Shown: positions 52,517 through 64,000 of the stretch, one piece after another
Numbering within the stretch: position 1 is the stretch's first letter
How the letters are laid out: each line of letters begins with the position of its first letter
NCBI RefSeq assembly: GCF_018350175.1
Contig: NC_058368.1
Location: 110,982,001 to 111,046,000, forward strand
Length of the DNA stretch: 64,000 nucleotides
From: Felis catus
Taxonomy: Eukaryota
Reading direction: 5' to 3'
Made by a program: the position numbers and the translations under genes
Notes under the pieces: generated by a model
What the model saw: the letters and a program-made list of their open reading frames with translations, nothing else
Told to the model about the DNA's origin: nothing
Database searches by the model: none

Positions 52517-52618
52517 ATATATATATGTATGTGTGTATATGTGTATATATGTATATATATATATATACACGTATATATATACATGTGTGTGTATATATGT
52601 ATATATATATATTTATAT
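52463..52618. repeat. (TA)n/(TG)n compound microsatellite
   Basis: About 150 bp of alternating purine-pyrimidine sequence at a SINE tail. Confidence 0.95.
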
Positions 52619-52937
52619 GGTGTTTGAATTCACAATCCTGAGATCCAGAGTCCCATGCTCTACCGCCCCAGCCAGCCAGGCACCCCTTTTGGCTATGTTA
52701 GTCTATTGTTTTTTAATACAGATTTTAGCATTAGCTTGTCAATTTCTACAAAAAACAGGCTGCTGGTTTGGGGGGTTATTTAAAAAGATTTTTTTAAGTT
52801 TATTTATTTATTTTGAGAGAGCAACAGTGAGCAGGGGAGGGGCAGAAAGAAAGAATCCTAAGCAGGTTCTGTGGTGTCAGTGCAGGGCTTGAACTCACAA
52901 ACTGTGAGATCATGAACTGAGCTGAAACTAAGAGCTG

Positions 52938-53081
52938 CTGGGCTGATGGCTCAGAGCCTGGAGCCTGTTTCCGATTCTGTGTCTCCCTCTCTCTCTGCCC
53001 CTCCCCCGTTCATGCTCTGTCTCTCTCTGTCCCAAAAATAAATAAAAACGTTGAAAAAAAAAATTAAAAAAAAAAAAAAAA
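52938..53081 (+). mobile_element. 5'-truncated young SINEC_Fc nested in an older antisense SINE
   Basis: TSD GAAACTAAGAGCTG at 52924-52937 and 53082-53095. Confidence 0.9.
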
Positions 53082-53455
53082 GAAACTAAGAGCTGGACAC
53101 AACAGACTGATCACCCAGGCACACCTAGGCTACTGGGTTTTTAATTGGGGTTGTACTGAATCTATACATCAATTTGGGGAAAATTAACATCTTAATATCA
53201 AATCTTACAATCTGTAAACAGGGTGTATCTCTGCATTTATTTAGGTGTGTTTGTTGTTATGTATTTTAAAACCTGATCAAACATTGATTAATACATATAG
53301 TCACTACTTTATTTGTTCTTCATTCCTTCTCTATCTATACTTCCCATATGGTATCATTTTTCTTCTACCTGAAAAATTTGTTATTTCCTTTAGTACAGAT
53401 CTGTTGGTGACAAACTCACTTTTTGTCAATCTGAAAATGACTTTATTTTGCCTTC

Positions 53456-54220
53456 TGTATTCCTTATATGGCTGCATAACAAGTTTCTCTGAAACTTGAT
53501 AGCAAAAAAATAAACATTTGTTATCTCACAATTTTATAAATTCACAAGTAGCTTTAGCGGTGTGGTTCTGGCTCAGGGTCTCTGATGATGTTTCAATACA
53601 TTTGTTGGTGGGGGCTTCATTTATGTGAAGGCCTGTTTAGGGGCTAGAGGAGCCACCTCCAAGAATGCTATTGGCCATAGATGTCGCTTCTCACTACATG
53701 GACCTACCTCTCTACAGGGCTGCTTGTGTGTCCTTCCTCACAGGGCAGGGGTCTTTCTTCAGAGTTTGTGAACCAAGAAAAAGCAAGGCAGAAGCCACAA
53801 TATTCTTTATGACATAGACTCATGGGTCACATACCATCACTTAGAACTTAACTCTGTTCACTAGATGTAAGTCACTAAGTATAGTACACAATTAAGGACA
53901 AAAGAATTAGGCTCCATCTTTTGTTTTTTTTTTTTAAGACTTTATTTTTTTTTTTTCAACGTTTATTTATTTTTGGGACAGAGAGAGACAGAGCATGAAT
54001 GGGGGAGGGGCAGAGAGAGAGGGAGACACAGAATCGGAAACAGGCTCCAGGCTCTGAGCCATCAGCCCTGAGCCTGACTCGGGGCTCGAACTCCTGGACC
54101 GCGAGATCATGACCTGGCTGAAGTCGGACGCTTAACCGACTGCGCCACCCAGGCGCCCCTAGGCTCCATCTTTTGAATGGAGGATCAAAGAATTTGTGAA
54201 TGTATTTTAAGCCACTACAC
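53456..54220. mobile_element. MaLR (MLT1-like) LTR interrupted by a SINE
   Basis: TGTATT...GCTGCATAACAA...AAACATTTGTTATCTCACA...GGTTCTGGCTCAGGGTCTC motifs. Confidence 0.65.
53924..54159 (-). mobile_element. Young SINEC_Fc-type SINE
   Basis: TSD TAGGCTCCATCTTTTG at 53908-53923 and 54160-54175. Confidence 0.9.
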
Positions 54221-54419
54221 TTTCTTTTCTTTTTTCTTCTTTTTTTCCTCTTCTTTCTTCCCCTTCTTCCTCTTCCTCCTTTTTCTGCTCCTCTTCTTTC
54301 CTTCTCCTCAGATTATCTTCTAGAACCTTCCTCACCAGTTCTTTTTATTGTGGCCCTGAAAACCTTAAGAGAATTCTAGAAGATACTCTAGAAAATGATC
54401 TAGAATGTTTCTTTTCAAT

Positions 54420-57400
54420 TTCTTTTACCAGTAATTTATTTCTTGTGTCCATACTGCATTGGTTACTAAGTCTAACATATTCTAAATATCTGAGTCTCTA
54501 GTGTTCCACTGTTAAGTAAACTGTTGCTTTCCATTTTGAGGATGTATCCATTAATTCCCATTTTATTGAATGTCTTGTCTTTAATTGAGAGTAAATATTT
54601 AGTCTTATCAAATGCATTTTCAGTACTTATAAACACAGTCATGTAATTTTATATTTAGAACTATTGATATGATTTATAATGACTCTTATTAGTGGATTTT
54701 CTAACATTAAACTTCATTTCCATTTCTAGAATAAACTCCATTTGGTCACAATATATTATTCTTCCAATTTGCTTTTTTTAAGTTTAATTTGAGAGAAAAA
54801 GAGAGCGTGAGAGTTGGGGAGGGGCAGAGAGTGAGGGAGAGGTTGAGAATCCCAAGCAGGCTATGCACTGATAGTGCTGCCAATGCAGGGCTAGAACCCA
54901 CTAACTGAGAGATCATGACCCCCGCTCAAACCAAGAGTCTGGTGCTTAACTGACTGAGCTAACCAGGTGCCCTCTTCCCAAGTGCTTTTAGATTCTATTT
55001 ACTAAAATTTTATTTAGGATTTTTGCACTGATATTTGAAAATGATACTGTCCTATTTTTTTCATTGTTATTATATTTTGGTTTTAGTGTACTTATATTTG
55101 CTTTATGAAAAGAAATTGTAAGTTTTTATTCTTTTTCTCTTTTTTTACGTTTTTTTCTTTTTAGGGAGAGAGAATGAGAAGGGGAGGGGCAGAGAGAGAG
55201 AAGGAGAGAGAATCCAAAGCAGGCTCCACACTCCACACTGCCAAATTACTTTGACAAAATTCTATATTGAAATTAATATTTATTATATTTTGTATAATAC
55301 TACATCTGTATATATTTATCCATAATATTTTTATTCAAATTATTTTATGCACATTAGTCCCTTTTGGTTTTCTACTTTTAGCATTCTGATAAAATTGTAC
55401 ATTTCATACATGTTTTTTAATTTATTTGCATAAAACTGTGTAAGATATTCTCTTATGGTATTTTGTATGCTTTTTTTAAATTTGTTTTTTACTTTCCAAT
55501 GTTTGTGTGAATCTTTCCCTCCCCTTGTAATTTTTTATTTTGGGTGTTTGTACATTCTCTCTCTCTCTCTTTTTTTTTTTTTTTTTTTTTTGAGATTAGT
55601 TTGTGGTTAACCAATTTATTGAATTTTTTATTTTTTTATGTTATTTTTGAGAGAGAGAGAGAGTTGGAGGGGGGCAAAGAGAGGAGACAGAGGATCCAAA
55701 GTGGGCTCTGCACTGATAGCAGAGAGCCCAACATGGGGCTTGAACTCATGAACCATGAGATCATGACCTGAGCCAAAGTTTAATGCTTAACTGACTGAGC
55801 CACCCAGGTGCCCCGAATTTTTTTCTTTTTTTTAAGCTTTTATTTAAATTCCAGTTAGTTAACATGATTGAATTTTTTCTAAGAATAAGCTTATGGGGCG
55901 CCTGGGTGGCGCAGTCGGTTAAGCGTCCGACTTCAGCCAGGTCACGATCTCGCGGTCCCTGAGTTCGAGCCCCGCGTCGGGCTCTGGGCTGATGGCTCGG
56001 AGCCTGGAGCCTGTTTCCGATTCTGTGTCTCCCTCTCTCTCTGCCCCTCCCCTGTTCATGCTCTGTCTCTCTCTGTCCCAAAAATAAATAAACGTTAAAA
56101 AAAAAAAATTAAAAAAAAAATTAAAAAAAAAAAGAATAAGCTTATTTATTAATAAGTTCCACTATAGTTTTGTTATTTTAACTGATTAATTTCTGTATTT
56201 ATCTTTATTAAATTTTCCTTTTGCTTTCCTTTGGCTTACTTTAAAAATATTTTTCTAGTTTTTTAAGCCAGTTTAATCCATTTCTTTTTCTTTCATTTAT
56301 GTTGATATAATTATTTAATGAAATGCATTTTTCTTTGAGTACTACTTTAACTGTACTCAGAGATCCTTCTATATGGTATGTTCATTATTATTGTTTTCTA
56401 GAAATTATGCAATTTTGAATTTATATTTCCCTTTGATTATAGAGTTATTTAATATAGACCCCCATATATATCCAAAGAGCACATTTTTTGTTTTCTGAAC
56501 ATGTTATAAATGTCAATGATTCTTGTGTCATTATTATAAAATGCTATCTGCATTATTTTTACTGTGGTAATGAGGTCTGGTTTGTGGCCTAATATATAAT
56601 CTTTTGTGTGTGTCTAAGTGTATGTGTATGGATATTCCAGAGCACTCGAAAACATAGTATGTTTTCTGTTCTCAGAGGACAATGTTTGATCCCTATCAAT
56701 AACATCTACCTTGTTGATTGTGTTGCTTGGAGTTCTAGATCATCATTTAATTGTGACCACTTGATCTGTTCTGGATTGGGAAAGGTAAATCAAAGTCTTT
56801 TAGGGGCACCTGTGTGGCTCAGTTTGTTAAGGGACTAACTCTTGATTTCAGGTCAGGCCATGATCTCATGGTTCCTAACGATCAAGCCCCAAGTTGAGCT
56901 TCCAGGCTAACAGCACAGAGCCTGCTTAGGATTCTCTCTCTCCCTCCTTCTCTCTCCCCTCCCTTGCTCTCTCTCTCTCTCTCTCAAAATAAATAAAATA
57001 AACTTTAAAGAAAAAAAAAAGTTCTGTTATTAGTGTGTCTGTCTAAATCTCATATCTCTATAGTTTCTATTATATGAAAGTCCTTGCTATATTACTTAAT
57101 GCATAAATATTCATAACTTAAATTTTTATAGTGGATTGTAGTCTTTAGCTACAAAGATTACTTCTCTTTATCTTGGTTAAAGCTTTTTGCCCTGAATTTT
57201 ATGTTGTCAGATATTAAGATTTTTAATGTTTATAATTTTTTGGTATGTCTTTCTATGCCCATCCATTTATTATTAACCTTTCAGAATCATTTTATCTTAG
57301 ATGTGTACAGTTTAGAGTTGGATCGAATTTTGAATTCTACTTTGAAAACTATTTTTAAAAAATGAGTTATGGGGTGGCTGGGTGGCTCAGTTGGTTAAGC

Positions 57401-58560
57401 GATTGACTCTTGATTTCAGCTCAGGTCATGATCTCACAGTTGGTGAGCTCGAGCCCCACATCGAGCTCTGTGCTGACAGTGCAGAGGCTGCTTGGGATCC
57501 TCTGTATCCCTCTCTCTGCTCCTAACCTGCTGGTGCGCTCTCTCTCAAAAATAAATACGTAAACGTTTAAAAAAATAAAATAAAAAATTAAAAGATGAAT
57601 TATACTCAGTTACTGAAATGACAGATATATTTGTTCTCAATTGTGTCATTATTTTATGTTGGTTTTCATAATGCACTTTTGTATTTCCCCTTTTCCTTAA
57701 TGTAGTTTTGCTATTAGGAAGTTTTGTATTTTTATTCTAGAAGTTATCTATGTAAAATACCCTTCATCCATTTTCTTTTGGCACTGTATCTTTTGATTCC
57801 CTACCATGAGCAAAATAAAATTATCTTGTAATCCAATCCTTCCCCCCCATCATATAATCATAGGATTATCAATTTTAGTGTTTGTATTAAATATGCTTAA
57901 GCTTCTACTTGATTTAGAAACTTTAAATACTATCCTGTGAATCCATTGACTCGAGGCAATTAGTAAACTCATTCTTATTCTTATCTTCTCTCTAGAAATT
58001 TCTACATTATTAAGGCATGTAACATTTGAATTCTGACCTGTCACCCTGATTTCTATATTTGTTTTACTCTTATGTGTATAGTTAAATGTATTCCATACTC
58101 AAGGAAGGTCCTTTTACCCTGATTTCATAAGGCTTGCCACGTGATGTTAAGACTGCTGTTCTATGGTTCTAGTGGGTTCTTCAGAAAGGGCTCATGAAAA
58201 TAACATTCCCTGATTTCTTACATGTTTTAAAATGTTTTTCTCTAACCTTGGGGTACCTGGGTGGCTCAGTTGGTTAAGCATCTGATTCTTGATTTCAGTT
58301 CAGGTCATGATCTCACGGTTGAGCCCCTAGTCAGGCTCTAAGCTGGGTGTGGAGCCTGCTAAAGATTCTCTCTCTCCGTCTCTTTCTGCCCTTCCCCCCA
58401 GCTTGCTCTCTCTCTCTTTCAAAATAAAAAATATATAATTATTTTTAAAAATATCTGTAAGCTTTATACTTGAAGATCAGTTTGGTGGATAGAATTCTTG
58501 GCCCATACTTTTCTTCCTTTGAGTGTCTTGCAGGTGTTGTTCCACTGTTGCTGGTAGCAA
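54420..58560 (-). mobile_element. Highly degraded old L1 fragments interspersed with SINEs
   Basis: T-rich antisense L1-like text such as TTTTATCAAATGCATTTTC-like and TTTAGGATTTTTGCACTGATATT segments. Boundaries are poorly defined. Confidence 0.45.
55895..56131 (+). mobile_element. Young SINEC_Fc-type SINE
   Basis: TSD AAGAATAAGCTTAT at 55881-55894 and 56132-56145. Confidence 0.9.
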
Positions 58561-61500
58561 TTTTTACCCTAGAAATGTGGTGGAGGGGTGGAGAGGTGGG
58601 ACCAAGGAAGCTTCTGTGTTATCACAGTGATGGATCTCAAACATGGCTTCTGTGAGAAGTCACTTCCTCTAGATTTCAGTTTGGTTGAGGAGAGCTTCTC
58701 TGTCCATTTGTCTCCCAGAATTTTTTACAGCCTTTGTTTCTAAGAGTACTTTTAAAAGTACCTCTCTCCCCCATAGTGCTTTCCAAGAGTTTCCATCATC
58801 CCCAGCAATCTTGTTTTGTTTAATTTAGGCCTTGTCCTTGTAGTTCCCTTTCAGAGTAGGATCCTCCCCTTCTGGAAGGGAATACTTGGTGGAGAAGCTC
58901 TATTTTCCCTCCTCACTCAAGAAGTTTCACCAGATATTCTGCTTTTTTTCATCTTTAGCAACATTTTTCTTTTTTTTGTAAGTAGGTTCCAATGAGGATC
59001 TTGAACTCCCAACCCTGATACCAAGACCTGAGCTGAGATCAAGAGTCGGGTGCTTAACCCCGACTGAGCCACCCATGTGTCCCTGTCTTTGGCAACTCTT
59101 ATCAGCACTTTGGAGGTTGTATTTTTCTCCAGGTTTCACCAAATACATAGTTGGCAGATTTGTTATTATCCTTGTTGAAGGTGATAGTTCAAAGCCAAAA
59201 CACTTCTGTGTTCCTTCTGAAATGGGACGTTACCCTACTTTTAAGTTATGATAAAAAATTTTAATCAATGCCAACATGACTTATCCTTTCAACTGAACTT
59301 CTGTGGACATCCAGGTTTGTTGTGTTTCCTTCTGATAAACTTCTAGAAGTGAGGTTCCTGGTTCAAAAGAGCCTGCAGAATTTTTTTTAATTTTTTTAAT
59401 GTTTATTTTTGAGAGAGAGAGAGACAGACAGAGAGACAGAGTGCAAGGAGGGGAGGAGCAGAGACAGAGGGAGACACAGAATTTGAAGCAGGCTCCAGTC
59501 TCCAAGCTGTCAGCATGGAGCTCAATGTGGGGCTTGAACTATGAGATCATGACCTGAGCCGAAGTCAGATGCCCAACCTACCGAGCCACCCAGGTGCCCC
59601 CTTGAACATGCACACTTTTAAAGCATTTACTGTATTTTGCCAAAGTATACGGTAGAAAGTTTGTGCCTAAACTTGTACCAGCCACGGGCTTCCTTCGTCT
59701 TTAAAGCCATTGCATAGTTATTGCAATCACAGCTCTCACATTCTTGAATTGCCATACTCTCCTGAGCAAAATCTTTCTTCTTTTTGTGTAGCCTCCCACT
59801 TTATGACTGATGCGCTGAAAACCCCCAGCCTAGGGCCCCGGCACAGGAACAAATATCTAGAGAAACAGCAAGTTACTTACTATTAAGAACACTTTAAACT
59901 CTTCTATTCTGATTTTGGTCTTGAAGAGGGGGACCAATGCAACAGGTTAAAACACTCCTGGAAATGGCTCAAAAAGGCCTCCTGAGGGTGGTCAGATGAG
60001 AGCACTGAACTACAGACACCAGGGTTTTCTATTTCTTCCCACCACACGTAAGCTCAGCAAGTAACCCAAGTTTACAGTGGTTCTGGAAGTGTCAAGGGGA
60101 AAAGCTTACTTATTTTCCCCTCTATACCTGACAAGACTGTTTTAAAGTAGCCAAATGGACTGGAGAAGCAGTTTTACTCTTGCTTATCCTACCTTGGAAA
60201 ACCTGAAAATTCAGGTGCATTTAAAATATCAAGTGGAGAGAGCTCTCAGAGCTCTTCGAGCTGGCTTCCCAGCATCTGCAGAAAAGAAGGTTTTACCAGC
60301 CCAAAAGCTGGGAAACATTAAAAGCTTTGAAACCTTATGATCCGAGGCTATTAAAGAAGTTTCTAAATTCTGAATATTCCTCTCCTATGGCCTCTCCAGT
60401 ATCCTGACTCGCCAACAGCCCAGGGCTTCCACAAGAACAAATAATATGCAAAACTTTTTTTAGTCTACTTATGATAATTGCCTCAAATTAACATCACAAG
60501 GCAGTGGAAATTACATTCCCCAAAGGCTTCCTACTGCAGGAAGTTACTGTGCAAAGGTAACTGAGAGGTAGTAACATTAAAATCAGGTTAGCTTCTGTTG
60601 TGCAAAAGTTTGTTAATCCATTATTTATATTCATATAAGATGGTGTTTCTGTATCTAGATGCATGAATATTTTAATCTGTTGTAAGTGTAAGCCTAAGGT
60701 TTTTTTCTATTGAATTAGACTCGTCTCTCTGCCAGAGACCATAAAGTTGATGTTCTTAAAACAGCGATCTAGTGGCTGCTTTTACCTAACCAAATGAATG
60801 TTCAGCATTCAGATCACAGAAAGTTACAGTTCTTGCTATTTTGTACGCCTCAGGCCATACCAGGAGTTCAGTCTGAATGCCTCATTTCAAGCACACATTG
60901 ATGAACTAGTGCTCACCAGGAAGGAGATGGAGGAGGGGAGCTGGAGACCAGGTGGCATATGGCAGCAGAGGACACAATTGTGGGGACTGCCTTCAGATCC
61001 TTGAAGGGCTATTTTGTAGAAGATAGCTCATTCTTTGCTTTTCAAGGCAGGCATAGGGCCAAAGATTGAGAGAGCTATATGAAGTCAGATTTCATCTTTA
61101 AATAGAAAAACTTTAAACAATTATAGTTGTCTGAAAAATAGAAAATACTTGCTTGGGTTGAACTGAGCTCCCAGTTATCTCACATCTACATTAAATTCAT
61201 GATTGACCAAGATACATGATTAAGTATTTTACCATTAACAAAAAATATATGGCCACAGCTATTTGTTTTTAGAAAGCTTTGAAAATGCTTAAGCAAAGCG
61301 AACTCTTTTGTCATTCTCACTGCTAGTTTTGTAGAATAGGACCCTATAGCTAATAATCTTAATCCCAGACAAATTTCTGAAAACTGCTGCCTGCCTGCTG
61401 CCCTTGACCTCTACTCACATAGGAATAATTAATAGCAAAACAAAAACGCTTTATGTTTTGTGTTCTTCCTCAGATTATAGCTGATTTTCTTTATATACAT

Positions 61501-62836
61501 TTATGTATTTCCAAATTTTATGTTTACATATTCCAGAGATGATTTTAGCTGCAGGAAGACTCACATATCCTTAGTGTTACTTCTGTTAACCCCAAAGAAC
61601 ACTTTCCCCAGCACAAAAGGGAGAAAATGATTACCTTCCTACCATTAGTCAGTGGTTGTGGAGACTCTCCCCATGGTTCAAGAAAAAAAATCCTCCTTTG
61701 AGAGAAACTCTTAAGTAAGCACACTACAGACAAGATTGGGCATCCGTGTAAGAATTTGCTTAAGAGACAGTTTTTGTTTTGGGGTTTTATTTTTAAGTCT
61801 CTACACCCAACATAGGACTTGAACTTACAATCCCAAGATCAAGATCGATGCTTTAGAGACTGAGCCAGCCAGGCGCCCTAAGAGCTAGTTTTTTAATAAA
61901 AAGGAAGAAGGATAAAGTGTGTGGTCCCACTCCTGAATTTAGATAAATTGAAGTCACTTCTCATCTTGCCCACCCCCTCTCTGGTGAGAAAATGCTGCAG
62001 GAGGGATGATGATGACCGCCAGGAGCCCTAGGCCCAGCTCCCACGCCATGAGGGACAAATAGAGGGAGAAGTTCCAGGCATTGGGCCCATGGGGGACCCA
62101 GCTGCCAGTCACAGGGCAAGAACTGCACTTCTTTAATATACTTCTTTAATATACTCACAGAGACAGCGTTGGCACCATGCCATACACATCTTGACTGTGT
62201 AACAAATCACTGCTCAGCATCTGACCAGGTAGTTTTGTTAGTTTCTATACCTGTCTCCTGCACTGTGAATATTAATTGCAGATGAAATTTCTCATTCCGC
62301 TGTCTAGCCCTAGGCCTAGCCTGTGGGATAAGCAAAAGGAGAGGCCACATTTTAGAATGACAGATTTAGTGAAATAAAAGTACTGAACACCTGACTAAAT
62401 TTGAATTTCAGATAAACAACAAATCATTTTTTTAGTGTAAGCATATCCCAAATGCATTTTCTGCTGGCCACCCCACCACATTTTCCCATCCATATTTAAG
62501 ACTTTGAAAGAAAATAAATGAATGCATGGATGAATGAAGAGGAAGATCAACAGGACAGAAAAGATCACAGAGATGTAATTAATGAATACCTGACATGTTT
62601 TTGTCCATTGAAAATATTTTCTTTTGATTTTTCTTAAAAAAAAATTGTTTTTAATGTTTTTATTTATTTTTGAGTCAGAGAGAGACAGAGCATGAGCAGG
62701 GGAGGGGCAGGGACAGAGGGAGACACAGAATCCGAAGCAGGCTCCAAGCTCCAAGCTGTCAGCACAGAGCCCAACGCGGGGCTCAAACTCATAGAGTGCC
62801 CTGCTTTTGATTTCTCTCTTAAAAACTTTTTATTTT

Positions 62837-63074
62837 GGGGGCGCCTGGGTGGCGCAGTCGGTTAAGCGTCCGACTTCAGCCAGGTCACGATCTCGCGGTC
62901 CGTGAGTTCGAGCCCCGCGTCGGGCTCTGGACTGATGGCTCAGAGCCTGGAGCCTGTTTCCGATTCTGTGTCTCCTTCTCTCTCTGCCCTTCCCCCATTC
63001 ATGCTCTGTATCTCTCTGTCCCAAAAATAAATAAACGTTGAAAAAAAAAAGACATAATTTCTGTTTAAAAAAAA
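62837..63074 (+). mobile_element. Young SINEC_Fc-type SINE with an interrupted tail
   Basis: TSD AAAAACTTTTTATTTT at 62821-62836 and about 63075-63090. Confidence 0.88.
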
Positions 63075-63162
63075 AAAAACTTTTTATTTTTTGTGAAAAT
63101 AATGTATACACACAAAAAGTCAAATAGGACTAAAAGGCGTATCGTGGAAAATAGCAGTTCCC

Positions 63163-63330
63163 CAGGGCGCCTGGGTGGCTCAGTCGGTTGGGCGGCCGAC
63201 CTCGGCTCAGGTCATGATCCCGTGGTTCATGGGTTCAAGCCCTGCATCAGGCTCTGTACTGACAGCTCAGAGCCTGGAGCCTGCTTTGTGGATTCTGTCT
63301 CCCTCTCTCTCTGCCCCTGCCCAGCTTATA

Positions 63331-63391
<61 letters not shown>

Positions 63392-63424
63392 AAATAAAGC
63401 ATTAAAATTTGGGGGGGGGGGGAA
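63163..63424 (+). mobile_element. Felid SINE with an expanded (CT)n tract and a G-run in the tail
   Basis: TSD GAAAATAGCAGTTCCC at about 63147-63162 and 63425-63440. Confidence 0.85.
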
Positions 63425-64000
63425 GAAAATAGCAGTTCCCTGTCCCACATAAACCCAACCCCAGCCTGATACCCAGAGGTACCCAGTTAAATAAATAAAT
63501 AATCTCTTTCAGCTGTTTCTGCCAGTTTTAACCACCTCCTCCATTTCTCTAAATAATATGCTTGTAGTGTTATTTTGTTGATTTGTCAGTTTTAGACATT
63601 ATCCATTTTCTTGCAATTATGGGAGATGAGGCTTTGCTTCTTTTATCCACTGCCACCTGCATCCTCCTTCCCTTTCCCCCAGCTTCTCAGAGCTGTTTAT
63701 TACAATCTCTGGTTAAATCAATAATCTGTGTTTACATTACTGTGGCTACGTAAATTTTCTTGGTGCAGCATTTATTTGCTTTCACAGTTTATGTGTCATG
63801 GGGTTTGTTTGTTTGTTTGTTATAGGTCGCAATAGCTCTGTGTTTTCTATTTACTCAGTTTTTTTATAAACATATTGCTAACTCTCATAACTGGCTAATA
63901 GCCCCTCAATATAATTTTCCACTTGGGCATACTGGTCAGGTAATCTGGCCATCTCTCACCTGAAGTCCTCTATCCTCTGGCTCAGAGGGGAGCTCTTGCC

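Larger units (their letters stand above)
49710..53250 (-). mobile_element. Old L1 (L1M-type) with nested SINEs, an LTR and a MER58-like element
   Basis: Antisense L1 motifs ATGAATAATGCTGCTATGAACATTCATGTACAAG and TTTGTTGAAAAGACTATCTTT. Confidence 0.75.

Noticed and set aside
52413..52892. 159-aa Tyr/Ile-rich ORF
   Set aside because: Translation of the (TA)n/(TG)n microsatellite and SINE sequence.
59650..62400. Relatively repeat-poor stretch that might hold an unannotated gene or lncRNA exon
   Set aside because: No CpG island, convincing exon chain or recognisable ORF; cannot be supported from sequence alone.

Overview
Eukaryotic DNA from a cat-family genome, judged from dense carnivore tRNA-derived Can-SINEs including young SINEC_Fc-type copies. 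The window holds the CDKL3-UBE2B-CDKN2AIPNL cluster. CDKL3 (minus strand) contributes its CpG-island promoter and first two coding exons, and the gene continues off the left edge. UBE2B/RAD6B (plus strand) is complete: 6 exons, 152 aa, head-to-head with CDKL3. CDKN2AIPNL (minus strand, 3 exons) is convergent with UBE2B. The rest is introns and intergenic DNA filled with SINEs, L1, L2/MIR, hAT DNA transposons and LTRs. I see no evidence for a novel multi-gene system. The most notable observations are a 1-bp frameshift in CDKN2AIPNL exon 1 (real loss-of-function allele or homopolymer error), a 3'-truncated U2 snRNA retrocopy with a 15-bp target-site duplication, a complex templated-insertion scar with a 16-bp palindrome, and a candidate intronic alternative last exon in CDKL3. 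Gene and repeat family names come from my recognition of the sequence, not from database searches. Repeat boundaries are approximate.
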